From Macrostomum lignano (Eukaryota), in assembly GCA_002269645.1 (NCBI GenBank), contig NIVC01000731.1, positions 1-64,000 of the forward strand: 64,000 bases of DNA, given 5' to 3'. Each line of letters opens with the position of its first letter. The stretch's first letter is position 1. The notes under the pieces were generated by a model. That model ran no database searches, had not been told where the DNA came from, and saw only the letters and a program-made list of their open reading frames with translations. A program made the position numbers and the translations under genes. Positions 1 to 12,342 of the stretch are shown here, piece after piece.

Positions 1-2148
1 CTCCCTGTTGGCCTCCGCTGACCGGGACAAACGGCTCTACGGCGGCCGCTTCCGCTCCCTGCAGGTGGCCGTCTGCAATGCCGAACAGCAGCCGCACCGG
101 TTCGCCGAGGCAAGCGCTGGGAGCAGGTCTGTCTGTAGCTGGATTGTCTGTAGCTGGAGTGTGTCTGTCTGTAGCTGGAGTGTGGTCTGTCTGTAGCTGG
201 AGTGTCTGTCTGTAGCTGGATTGTCTGTAGCTGGAGTGTCTGTCTGTAGCTGGAGTGTCTATCTGTAGCTGGATTGTCTGTAGCTGGAGTGTCTATCTGT
301 AGCTGGATTGTCTGTAGCTGGAGTGTCTGTCTGTAGCTGGAGTGTCTGTCTGTAGCTGGATTGCTGTAGCTGGAGTGTCTGTCTGTAGCTGGAGTGTCTA
401 TCTGTAGCTGGATTGTCTGTAGCTGGATTGTCTGTCTGTAGCTGGATTGTCTGTAGCTGGATTGTCTGTAGCTGGAGTGTGTCTGTCTGTAGCTGGAGTG
501 TGTCTGTCTGTAGCTGGAGTGTGTCTGTATGTAGCTGGAGTGTCTGTCTGTAGCTGGATTGTCTGTAGCTGGAGTGTCTATCTGTAGCTGGAGTGTCTGT
601 CTGTAGCTGGAGTGTCTGTCTGTAGCTGGAGTGTCTGTCTGTAGCTGGAGTGTCTGTCTGTAGCTGGAGTGTCTGTAGCTGGATTGGCTCTCTGTAGCTA
701 GAGTGTCTGTCTGTAGCTGGATTGGCTCTCTGTAGCTAGAGTGTCTGTCTGTAGCTGGAGTGTTCGTTTGTAGCTGGAGTGTGTCTGTAGCTGGAGTGTC
801 TGTCTGTAGCTGGAGTGTGTCTGTAGCTGGAGTGTCTGTCTGTAGCCGGAGTGTCTGTCTGTTTCTGGAGTGTTCGTTTGTAGCTGGAGTGTGTCTGTAG
901 CTGGAGTGTCTGTCTGTAGCTGGAGTGTTCGTTTGTAGCTGGAGTGTGTCTGTAGCTGGAGTGTCTGTCTGTAGCTGGAGTGTTCGTTTGTAGCTGGAGT
1001 GTGTCTGTAGCTGGAGTGTGTCTGTTTCTGGAGTGTCTGTCTGTTGCTAGAGTAGCTTCAGGGTCTGTAGATTGGGTGCCTGTAGCTGTGATCTTTGTAG
1101 CACAGATATCTGTAATGTAGCTGGAGTGCCTGTAGGTAAGTATTTACCTGTCTGTTGGTTAGTCTATAATTGTCTGTTGGTTAGTCTATAATTGTCTGTT
1201 GGTTAGTCTATAATTGTCTGTTGGTTAGTCTATAATTGTCTGTTGGTTAGTCTATAATTGTCTGTTGGTCAGTCTGTAGCTGTCTGTTGGTCAGTCTGTA
1301 GCTGTCTGTTGGTCAGTCTGTAGCTGTCTGTTGGTCAGTCTGTAGCTGTCTGTTGGCAGTCTGTAGCTGAGCACCCCCTCGCATCTCCAGGCGCTGCCGG
1401 TGCTGTCCCGCCAGCACCCGCCCGAGCTGCCGCTGCCCGTCAGCGCCAGCGCCAGCCGCTGCCGGCCGAAGGCGGACTGGGCCTGGTGCCTGGGCGCCCT
1501 GGCCGCCGCCAGCCCCGACGCGGACTGGCTGGCTGTGGTGGAGGACGACCAGCTGGCGAGGCTGGACGCGGTCTCGCCCTGCACGACATCATGGACTCGA
1601 AGCTGGCCCGCAGGTACGGCGACCAGCGCCTGGCCCGGGTGGGCCTGGTGCACCTGCACTCGCCGGCCAGCGAGCTCCGCTACCGCTGGCTGGACGCCGG
1701 CACCTGGCTGGAGCTCATGCTCATCGGCGGCTGCATCGGCGGCGCCTGCTTCATGCTGTACTACCGGATGTTCTGCAACCCCATGCTGTTCTTGCCGAAC
1801 CTCTGCCTGGCCAGCTTCCTCTTCATCTACTCGCTGGCGGTGGCCGTGGCGGTGGGCCGCCCCAACTGGCTGGCCGCCCGCCACGCCCTCACCCGCATCT
1901 ACAGCCTGGACGAGCCGCTGTCCGCCAACTTCTCCGCCGTGCTGCTGCCGCGCCAGTCACAGCTGCTGTTGAACGGCTCCGGCGGCCGCGCCTCGCCGCT
2001 GACTGGCTGCTGGGGCGCCGAGCAGGTGGACGCGGCGATGCGGTCGGCCGGCAGGCGGGTGCTGGCGGTGTACCCCAGCCTGCTGCGCCACGTAGGTCTG
2101 TACAGCGCCCACTCTGGCGGCCTGCTGGCGCCGCACCTGCTGGACTGA
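1..2148 (+). CDS. PGAP4: PGAP4/TMEM246-like GPI-GalNAc transferase, 5'-partial; exons ~1-109 and 1391-2148; one apparent 1-nt deletion near 1570
   Basis: Exon 1 LQVAVCNAEQQPHRF resembles PGAP4 LFLCNVE. Exon 2 has KADWAWCL..WLAVVEDD (cf. KQDYVYCL..VLMVEDD). After a frame change come two TM segments inserted in the GT-A fold and YPSLLRHVGLYS (cf. EPNLVKHIGLFS). Acceptor ctccag ends at 1390. Confidence 0.65.
127..1370. repeat. Intronic tandem repeats: degenerate GTCTGTAGCTGGAGT units (127-1060), then 22-bp GTCTGTTGGTTAGTCTATAATT / GTCTGTTGGTCAGTCTGTAGCT units (1146-1370)
   Basis: Directly visible; lies between the two PGAP4-like exons. Confidence 0.95.
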
Positions 2149-2820
2149 CCGGCCGGGCCGTTCACGACATTCGCTTGCACATTCCCCAAGCTGGCAGGCT
2201 TCATTCATTTCTGCCAGACATTCAAATTCCCTGTAGCTTCATGCACCAGCCGTATTTCACTTCCCCAATGCTGTGCAAGCAATTTCATGAACTCCAAAAT
2301 CCACAGTTGTTGAAGCCAATCTCCAAAACCTGCACAGAGCCCACAGATCGCACAATATTTAACATGCTAATCTTGTGCGTTCTTTTTCTATCCGCACTAC
2401 TTACATAGAGCGGTTCAGTAGCCACTTTTGCTTTTTTTATTGCTTTGTACCGGGGCGATTGAATACTGTAGCAATTTTAGTTAGTAGAAATATTGCAGCC
2501 TTTTTATTGTGACTGTGAAACAGTTTGGTTCATTCCTGATTTTTATTTATTTATTGCCATGGCTTTGAGCTGAGTCTGTCAGCAGCTGATTTGATCACCC
2601 AAATTCAGTTAATACTGCCTTCACTATTGTCACGTGACAATGCAAAATTTGACCGGGCCGAATATTTTATTTGTGTTTTTTGCAGAATAAACTGGTGTGT
2701 AACTCTCTCCGGACTGCTTATTCTCCGTCCTGGTTGCGCGGAGCTCTTCAACTTTAAAGCCATAACTGAAACCTGTTTGTGTATTTAAGCAATTCATTTT
2801 TTACCATGTACTTGACTAAT

Positions 2821-3375
2821 AGGCTGGGAGGGGATATGCAGACAGACGGGATTAGTGAGAGGCTGGGAAGGGGAGATGCAGATTGATGGAATTAGTGAGA
2901 GGCTGGGAAGGGGAGATGCAGATTGATGGGATTAATGAGAGGCTGGGAGGGGAGATGCAGATTGATGAGATTAGTGAGAGGCTGGGAGGGGAGATGCAGA
3001 TTGATGGGATTAATGAGAGGCTGGGGGGGAGATGCAGATTGATGGGATTAATGAGAGGCTGGGAGGGGAGATGCAGATTGATGAGATTAATGAGAGGCTG
3101 GGAGGGGAGATGCAGATTGATGGGATTGGGAATAATAAGAGGCTGGGAGGGGAGATGCAGATTGATGAGATTAATGAGAGGCTGGGAATGAGATGCAGAT
3201 TGATGGGATTAATGAGAGGCTGGGAGGGGAGATGCAGATTGATGGAATTATTGAGAGGCTGGGGGGGGGAGATGCAGATTGATGGGAATAATGAGAGGCT
3301 GGGAGCCGGCAGGGGACATGCAGATTGATGGAACTTATGGGAGGCTTGGAGGGGAGATGCAGATTAGTGGGATTA
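2821..3375. repeat. ~40-bp minisatellite GAGAGGCTGGGAGGGGAGATGCAGATTGATGGGATTAAT
   Basis: About 13 imperfect copies visible. Confidence 0.95.
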
Positions 3376-3585
3376 AGACGCATACGGAGGGGATCAGATG
3401 GGAAAACTTATTCTACTCTTGCGTGTAAATCTTGATCCCATGCAATCAGGGCTGCGTGGCAACTGCACAATGCAATGACCTTGGTTATTTATTGCTGAGT
3501 TGGTTTATTCATTCAGAGACCGCAAGCGCGCACGGGATTTACTTAGCCATTGGGCTGTCTGTTACCATGGAAATACACCGACAGT

Positions 3586-5169
3586 TCAGGCCAGCAGCGG
3601 CAGCTGAATGTCCTGCAGCAGCATCCTGACCTGAATGCGCACCAGGACTTCGATCACCTTGACCAGTGCGCCGCGGATCGCATTGACCAGCGCGTTGGTC
3701 ACCGGGTTGATGATCCAGTCTAGCGGGCCCAGGCCGCTGAACCGCACCGTGATGCTGGACATACTCGAGATGGAGAACCTCTCCAGGTCGGGACTGTCGC
3801 CGGAGCCTAGAGTGGCGCTGATCCGGGCGTCCACGGTGACCCGATCCACCGTCAGGCTCAGCTTCGAGTCCACGCCGATGCCCATGAACTTTGCATGCCC
3901 GTTGAAGGCGCCCCAGAGGTTGTTGACCCCGATCTGGGCGTTCGGTTTGGGTTTTCTATTTTGGAGGTTAATCGTTATAATGTACATGTATAATGTCATG
4001 ATGGGAAGGCTGAGGGAACCCTACTAGCTGTTACACATGTGCATGGAGTGGATTCACAAGGACCACTGGAGGTGGTGCTTTCACAAGGTCGAAATTTCAC
4101 AACGTCGGAAAAATACACTTCAGAGATGGGAAAATTGAACTGTTTTCATCACAAAATCACTGTTTGCATATTTAGATCTGGAACAGTGAAGATTGTCATT
4201 TCTTTAATTAAGCATGTACAGCATGTTACTCTGGTGCTGTTGTATTTTATATTATTATATAGTTGTGGAGTTGTGGTGTAAGTATCATTTTCATGCTTTT
4301 TGATAAGCCCAAGCCAAAGTTGTAAGTACATGTACTCGAGTGAAATTTTTGTTTTGTTGCTTCTTGAAAAGATAAAGAAGTATTGCATGCAGGTACTCTC
4401 AATCTATTAATTGTAGATATAATTAAACTCGTAGTTTAATTATAGCTCGTAATTGCTGTTGCGACCTACATGCAACATTTTTATTACAAATATACTTCAT
4501 CCAAGCTTATGAAATAAAAAACAATATAAAAATGAAACTCATCACAGAATTTACCATATAAAACACAGCAGAGTGACATGCTGTACATGTTAAATTAAAG
4601 AACTGGCAATCTTCCCTGGCCCCAGAAAAAATGCTATCAAATTGATTCTGTGATGAAGAAAGGAGAATTTTTCCTACATGCATCTTCCCATCTTCACATC
4701 TGTACACTACATGTACATGCAAGTTTAGCAACTGTGTTCGAGACTTGCTTCCAAAGAGAGGGCTCTAAATTAGCAGGTGCATGTCTATAATGACAGTTAA
4801 AGGACGCGATGCACCTACATTGGCATCAATGGTGAGAGTGTTTCCCTGTGTCTCAATGCGGCAGTCGCCGGAGCGGTGCAGAGTGGACAGGCCGTGCATC
4901 CGGCCATCCGTGAGGCCGATGCTGCCGTGCACGGTGACCAGCAGGATCTTCTTGGAGAAGTCAATCACCAGGTTGTCCAGGGGCAGCGGGTCCATGTTGT
5001 TCTCGCGCAGGTGCGGCCCGAGCTTGGCCATCAGCAGGTCAATGTAGCGGTTTGCCGACTCCTCGGCTGGCGTCGGCGATCTGCTGGGTGCGCCGGCGGC
5101 CTGCAGGCAGCTGCCCGCCACCATAATGACGACTGCCAGCAGCATCGGATTTGGAAGGCGATGCTTCAT
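3586..5169 (-). CDS. Secreted Der p 7 / group 7 allergen-like (TULIP/BPI-fold) protein; exons 5169-4819 and 3933-3586
   Basis: Signal peptide, MDPLPLDN, GLSTLHRSGD and C-terminal FSISSMSSITVRFSGLGPLDWIINPV match the Grp7 pattern. Donor GTAGGT after 4819 and acceptor CCCAG before 3933 join in phase 0 (IDAN|IGVNNL). ATG at 5169 or 5145. Confidence 0.7.
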
Positions 5170-5193
5170 TCGCGGGATCTACGTGAAACATTG

Positions 5194-5637
5194 GCGTAGG
5201 AACGTTTCAAAAAGTGGGGAGCCAGGTTCAGTGGCGGATTTACATGTAAGGGGGGCCGGAGCGTACAGTGCCCCGTCGAGTATGAAAATGTGTTTTTCCT
5301 AATTTTTTTATGGAAAATGCACATCATGTACCGATTCTTTTCAGAACCCGTCTTGTCATCACTCATTTTAAAGCGCCGCAGGCACTCAATTTAAATTTAG
5401 CGTCACAGGCACTCATTTTAGCGCTGCAGGCACTCATTTTAGCGACGCAGGCACTCAATTTGGCGCTGCAGCGCTATATTTTGTCGCCCTGCAGCAAAAT
5501 GCATTCATGCAAAAGCAGCAAAAACCAAAAATAAGCAAAAAAGTCTACATTTTACATTTAAATATACCATTACTGCCCACCTCCCCTATTTTAAAAGTAT
5601 AGGGGGCCATGGCGCCCACTGTCCCCCGTTCCTACGC
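5194..5637. mobile_element. MITE-like element with 11-bp terminal inverted repeats
   Basis: GCGTAGGAACG (5194-5204) and CGTTCCTACGC (5627-5637); internal ~21-bp AGGCACTCATTTTAGCGCTGC repeats; no ORF. Confidence 0.55.
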
Positions 5638-6888
5638 GCCTATGCGATGCACATGCATATAACGTACCTGATTTTGTACATTCCGCTTCATACTCGATCG
5701 CGGCCTTTGTTAGACTTAGAACAATACTCGAAGCTGTTTAATTGCTTTTCTCAGTTTTCTGGAGCAAATATACATGTACGAGCTAATACTACAAGCTACT
5801 ATATTACATGCCTTTGGAAACTGAGAAAGCGTCAGCAGTTGAAAATCTACGCCTGTACGTCTTGTTGTGCTTTGCTGAATACATGTATAGATAAGAAAGT
5901 ATATATTTTATCCTCAATTATCACTATCTTCAACTATAAACATGCTGAACTGCAAGGTGTGGAAATGAGAGATAACGCGTTTTAATTGACTGGGGGCAAT
6001 GCAGGCGTCTTCACAGTCCAGGTTTTATTTGCAGCCCTAATTTCACGACTTAATTAATTTGATATCACTTAACTGCACCTCTCAAGTAAAGGGTGGTAGC
6101 TGGCGTTAATTAGTTTAACACTTGTTAGTTAAACGGACGTTTCGAGAGCTTACATGTATCTATATTAATATTATATAGTAATTATAGTTGGTCTACACAA
6201 ATTAAGCTAGAAACGACCCTAGCCAACACGAGAAGTCACCTTATTCGCTAAACTAAACATTTAAAGCCTTTATTACAATATATAGGTCTGCTCACTGAAC
6301 ATCTCTTAACAAATGTACTTTTATTACCTGTATTTAGTAAACAAGTTTACGTGTACTTTACAAGTTATTGCATTGGAATACCAATTCATTGTTTGCCTAA
6401 CCCGCCTTGTGTGTACGATTTGTGATTTTGATTTCCTAAACAGGCTTTTCGTCTAGCGCTCTCAGTTTTAAAGCTCGCTTTAACAAAGCCTAAGTGAAGA
6501 CAGTAAAACAACGCAACAACGTTATAGTTTAAAAAGTTTATTTTGGATCGAAAAAGACAATTTTTCAGTCGATGACAAGCATGCGACCCCGCACAGCGAT
6601 AGGTTCGCATTAATATTCGATGAGGCTTTAAAAAGACATTTTTGGGTTTGAAAAAGAGAATTTTGAGTTTGTAAAAACGACTTGACTGCATTTGTCCAAG
6701 TTGCCACTCCAATGTCTGGATAGATATTGTTCAGAAATATCATTAAAAGGTATATTTTATACTTAAAGCCCTAAATAAAACTTCCTACTTAGCTTATTGT
6801 TATTTTTCACTGTACTTAGTCTTAGTGGCAACATGGGTATGCAGGTTATGGCATGAACACTGAGTTCAGTTCAGTTATGAATTGCCCC

Positions 6889-8090
<1,202 letters not shown>

Positions 8091-9502
8091 AATAGTTTTA
8101 ATAATTTAAACAAATTACTGTCAAACTTTTTGAGCTAGACTTCTAATACTTAGCGTACAATAAAGCTGAATAATTTTTTTAATAAAGTTATTATCTAACT
8201 ATTGTAATACTTCTAAAAAAGGTATAGTTACGTTTCCTTGGTTAGAGCTTGCCGCATATTTCGTGCTGCTTATGCCGGAAAATTGTGTGCAAGTAAAGTG
8301 CAAATAAATTAGTGCTCTATAGATTAGACTTTAAACGTTAAAAATTTTAAGCCTAACAAAAATGGCATAGCAGCATTGTAATTTTATATTTTGGGTTGTA
8401 TCTTGCACATACTACTTCTCTTGTATCATGTTTTGTAAGACTGTACGAGTGTACATAGTTTTATTGGTAAATAAAATAAATATGCTTTGCCCTTAAATAT
8501 GGCCTATAAATTATAATAACACATGCTAGACGCTACGAGTAATTATTGTTGGTTACTGTAATATAATATGCAAATTTTAATTCAAATGAAATGGAACAAA
8601 TGCAAATTTTACATCTCATATTTTACACATAGGTTGAGAGTTGGAACTCCAGTGAGAATTTAAATTTGATTTTTATATTATTATGTTAATATTATTCTTT
8701 GTCCTTTTTGTTCTATTTGATAAGTCTCTCTTGCCTAAGTAAAAAGAAACCTTAGTAGGGCTAGTCCTTACTTTTGTCTTTTGAATTTTTTTTCAAATTA
8801 TACTGAAGGTATAAAAGACTTTTTATATCTAAAATTTTCAATGCAACACAAATTGTAGTTGGCATAGGGCCTAAGCTGCCTAATGCATTTTTTGCTTATT
8901 AGGCATTCTTTTATAACCTTTGCTTTAGGTGATATCCATGCAAATGTCCATCATTTTTTGGCAAAATGTTTTTTATAAATAAAAATAACAATAAGTAAAA
9001 ATAAAAGCTACAACTTGTACAAGTACAAATCACAAGTAAGTTAATTTCTTTAACTTCTTAAGCCTCGAATTAGGCCTACTCAATCAATTTTTATGCCTAG
9101 TGCTAGGCCTAGTTCTAGGCTGATTACAGATGGAAGTGATTATCCCCATGGTCCTATGCCAATAATTCCAATTTTATCTACATTAACATAGATAGATCTA
9201 TGTTGATAATTTCTAGCTTATCCCAATGGCAGCTTATTGAAATAGCTAGGCCTACCACTGCACTATTCAAGTTTGTAGGCCATATCAATAATTCCAATTT
9301 TATCCACATGGATTCATGTCAATAATTTTCAGCTTATCCCCATGCCTAAGATCATGCAGTTGTTTGTATGTAGTTTATATATTGACATTAAATGTTGCAA
9401 GGCCTACTATATTAAGCCCTAGTCTTTTTTGTAATGTATATAGCATAGTGTAGCTTAAAGTAATTGTTATTATAATGTTGTCTGACTTTCCATAAAGGTC
9501 AG

Positions 9503-10697
9503 TGTGATAAATAGGCAATTAGATAATAGCATGCACGGTGAGCAATTTTTTTTAGGCCCTAGACAAACCTACTTGGAGCGTTCGAAGATTTTAAAGCTAT
9601 TAATCCTAATCGCCTATCGCCGGTCGGCGAGTCCTACCAGTCTTTCTCCAATAGCCGCAGGTACGGTACAAGAAAATAAAGAACACGAGGGAACACAAAC
9701 CGAAAGATTTAGAGAGTGATAATCCTATGTGATACAACTGATAATTGGCTAGACGGTTTAATTCGGTTATACGAGTTACAGGATTCAAGCAATTTCGCGA
9801 CGCAGATAATTAGACTGATGATAACGAATAGTAACGATTAATAATAATGATTATATTACGCATACGCACTGACAAGCGGATCTCAGCTTGAAGAAGAAGG
9901 AGAAGAACCGAACACGACCACGGAGAAGACTCCTAACCCCTGGCCTAAGCCAGAACCTACTCTCAAACGAGAGCCCTGCCGAACCGACCGTTCAACGGAG
10001 TACCGACTAAATTCTATCGGCACTGCCCTTCAGTGTAACACTGAGGCCCTCGGGGTCGAGGCCGCGTACTTGATCAGATCCGACAGTCTCTATCTAACCG
10101 CGCTTGATAGCGACGACTTCAGACAGGAATTTGCCGTAGACGTTACGCCACAAGACTACTGCGGTTGGGCGGGAACAAAGATATGGACCGGGGGTGATGA
10201 AATCAAAACGCCTCAAAGCGCGAACCAACAAGGGGAGGAAAAGTCGGGCCACCGGCCGGGAACTGGACAAGACAAAACCGGGGAAAGGAGAGAGAAGCGA
10301 GATCCGATTGCCAAAACGCACTTTCATATATAGTCAGAGTCGCAACCCCTCAAAACCCCCTCAAGCCGGGTGGTGGTCGTCTGGCCGGCCGCTTGCTTAA
10401 GCCGAATTGCACTGTGCCCGCGGCGCCGGGTAGAATTGAAACTTGCCGCGTGCCAGGGTCCAGGCCGGTTCTGATTGGCTGGCCGCGCAAAGCTGGGGTT
10501 CGCAGACAAACTCAACCCTCCGCTGAGTCACAAACGGCGTCTAACTCTAACCTGTTTACCATTTTAGATTTCAACCAACTAGAAAAAGTACACAAAAAAC
10601 GCATGACTAAACTAAAGCAAAATAACAATTCAATAACAATATAGAAACTAATGCAGTCAATTTACAACAAAATAAACGCAAAGATGCTCACACTACA
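9503..10697 (-). repeat. 3' LTR (1195 bp)
   Basis: Matches 18838-20032; the ORF track translations of both copies are identical; TATA-like TATATATGAA on minus strand near 10330. Confidence 0.95.
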
Positions 10698-10713
10698 CTC
10701 CCCCCTCCTAAAA
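10698..10713 (-). other. Polypurine tract TTTTAGGAGGGGGGAG abutting the 3' LTR
   Basis: Purine run ending immediately before the TG of the LTR. Confidence 0.9.
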
Positions 10714-11469
10714 GAAATAGAGTACAAAAGAAGAAAAAACTTTTACAACAAATGAAAATTTGCGTCATATTCACGACATACTACTCCTAGTAAGCAAGTT
10801 GGTACAGTACAGCACGGAACGCATTCGCGGAAAGCAAAATTCAAAATTCAAGAACAAGAGCACTATAACAAGGGTATAACTATAGCAACTGGGAAAAAAA
10901 CGCAAATGGGAACACAACGTAATTCACTATGCGAAACATGACACGACAATGAAACGCAAACAAGAACACAAATACAATTCTATGACACGGCAAAACGCAA
11001 TCAAATACATAAGCAAAGCTACTATTCAATACGCGACACGACAAAACACAAGCAAATCAATAAATAAATCGAAACAAATCGCGACGGAACGCAACGTTTG
11101 CACAAACTATGGCACGACTTCTACAATCGAAAACTTAAAGCAAAACGCATGCTACCCATCACCAAGAACAAATAACGCGTTGACGCATTTTACACAATTT
11201 TACAGAAGTCAATTAAATTACACATTTTCGACATGCCAAGATCAACCTTATCGGCTGGCAAAATTTTATTACTCGCTGATTTAATTGTCCGCACCTCCCC
11301 CCTCCTAAAAAAAGGTAGGGTGGGCGCTACGACCCTCACTGTCTCCACAGCGGAATTCTTATCGCAATATACCACGACGCTTATCTCTAATTGGATGCCT
11401 CGACGATAATTTAATTCACGCCCACGCTCCCGTGGCGTTCCATCCACTCAGCGAAGTCTATTGCCCATT

Positions 11470-11764
11470 GGCTGCAGTTTACGGTCTTGCCCAGGACCAA
11501 TCCCCGTGGCGAAATTCACCGCCCAATGGCTGCAGTTTTCTGTCGTGCCCAGGACAAAACTATAAATTCACCCGACCGGGCTCCTTTCTCGCACTTCATT
11601 CTTCTTTTGGTAATTTCTCTTCCTACGGCTGCAGTTTAACGTCGTGCCCAGACGCATCATTAGTTAGTTTCTCTCCTAGCGGTTGCAGTTTAACGTCGTG
11701 CCCAGGACGCCGGCTCTAGTGAACTTCCTTTCCAGCGGCTGCAGTTTAACGTCGTGCCCAGGAC
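11470..11764. repeat. Five ~28-bp repeats GGCTGCAGTTTAACGTCGTGCCCAGGAC separated by non-identical spacers, in the retroelement 3' region
   Basis: Copies start at 11470, 11528, 11627, 11681 and 11737; spacers about 30, 71, 27 and 28 nt. Confidence 0.85.
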
Positions 11765-12342
11765 GCTTCAGACATTTCTAGCTGCAACATGTAACATGTC
11801 GGTCTACTGTGAGTTTTTAATATTTTTGTGTCAAGCAGTTTTCTGACTCAAGCAATTGAATAATATTTTTGTGTTGTTTTTATGAAGCTTTTACAATTTT
11901 TATGTTTTTATCGAATATTCACGCATGTCAGTTCTACTGCAAGACTGTTTTTAATAATTTAATAATAATATTTATTCCTTAATAATTTTCCCATAATAAT
12001 AATTCCGGATATACTGGCCGATGGAACCGCAGACGACTTCAATCTGGGCTCAATTCAATTCAATTTCTATTTGCAACTTCCAATCGTTTCATATCTTCTA
12101 TGGTCGTCTATGGTATTTCTCTTTCATTAGCGTCCTGGAATCTACCAGGTGTGGCAGCTCGAGCAGTTCGTCTTCAACTCCTCAACTTGCAGTGTCAACA
12201 TCAGCACTTCCAAGTCTTTATTTAATTTCTATTGACTATTTTTCTCCGGTTCCATTTTCGTTCAACAAATTTCTCGCGTATGTCTCGACAAGTTACTATT
12301 AGTAATACAATTGAAATTTTCGTCTCGACAGTACTTTCGTTT

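Noticed and set aside
9504-10644. Short ORFs inside the LTRs (duplicated at 18839-19979)
   Set aside because: No domain motifs; expected by chance in a 1.2-kb LTR
11470-11764. CRISPR array call for the repeat-spacer block
   Set aside because: Eukaryotic retroelement context, no cas genes, degenerate repeats and uneven spacers; kept as a repeat finding
10716-12342. env or extra ORF after pol
   Set aside because: Only short ORFs with frequent stops; no signal peptide, furin site or TM anchor
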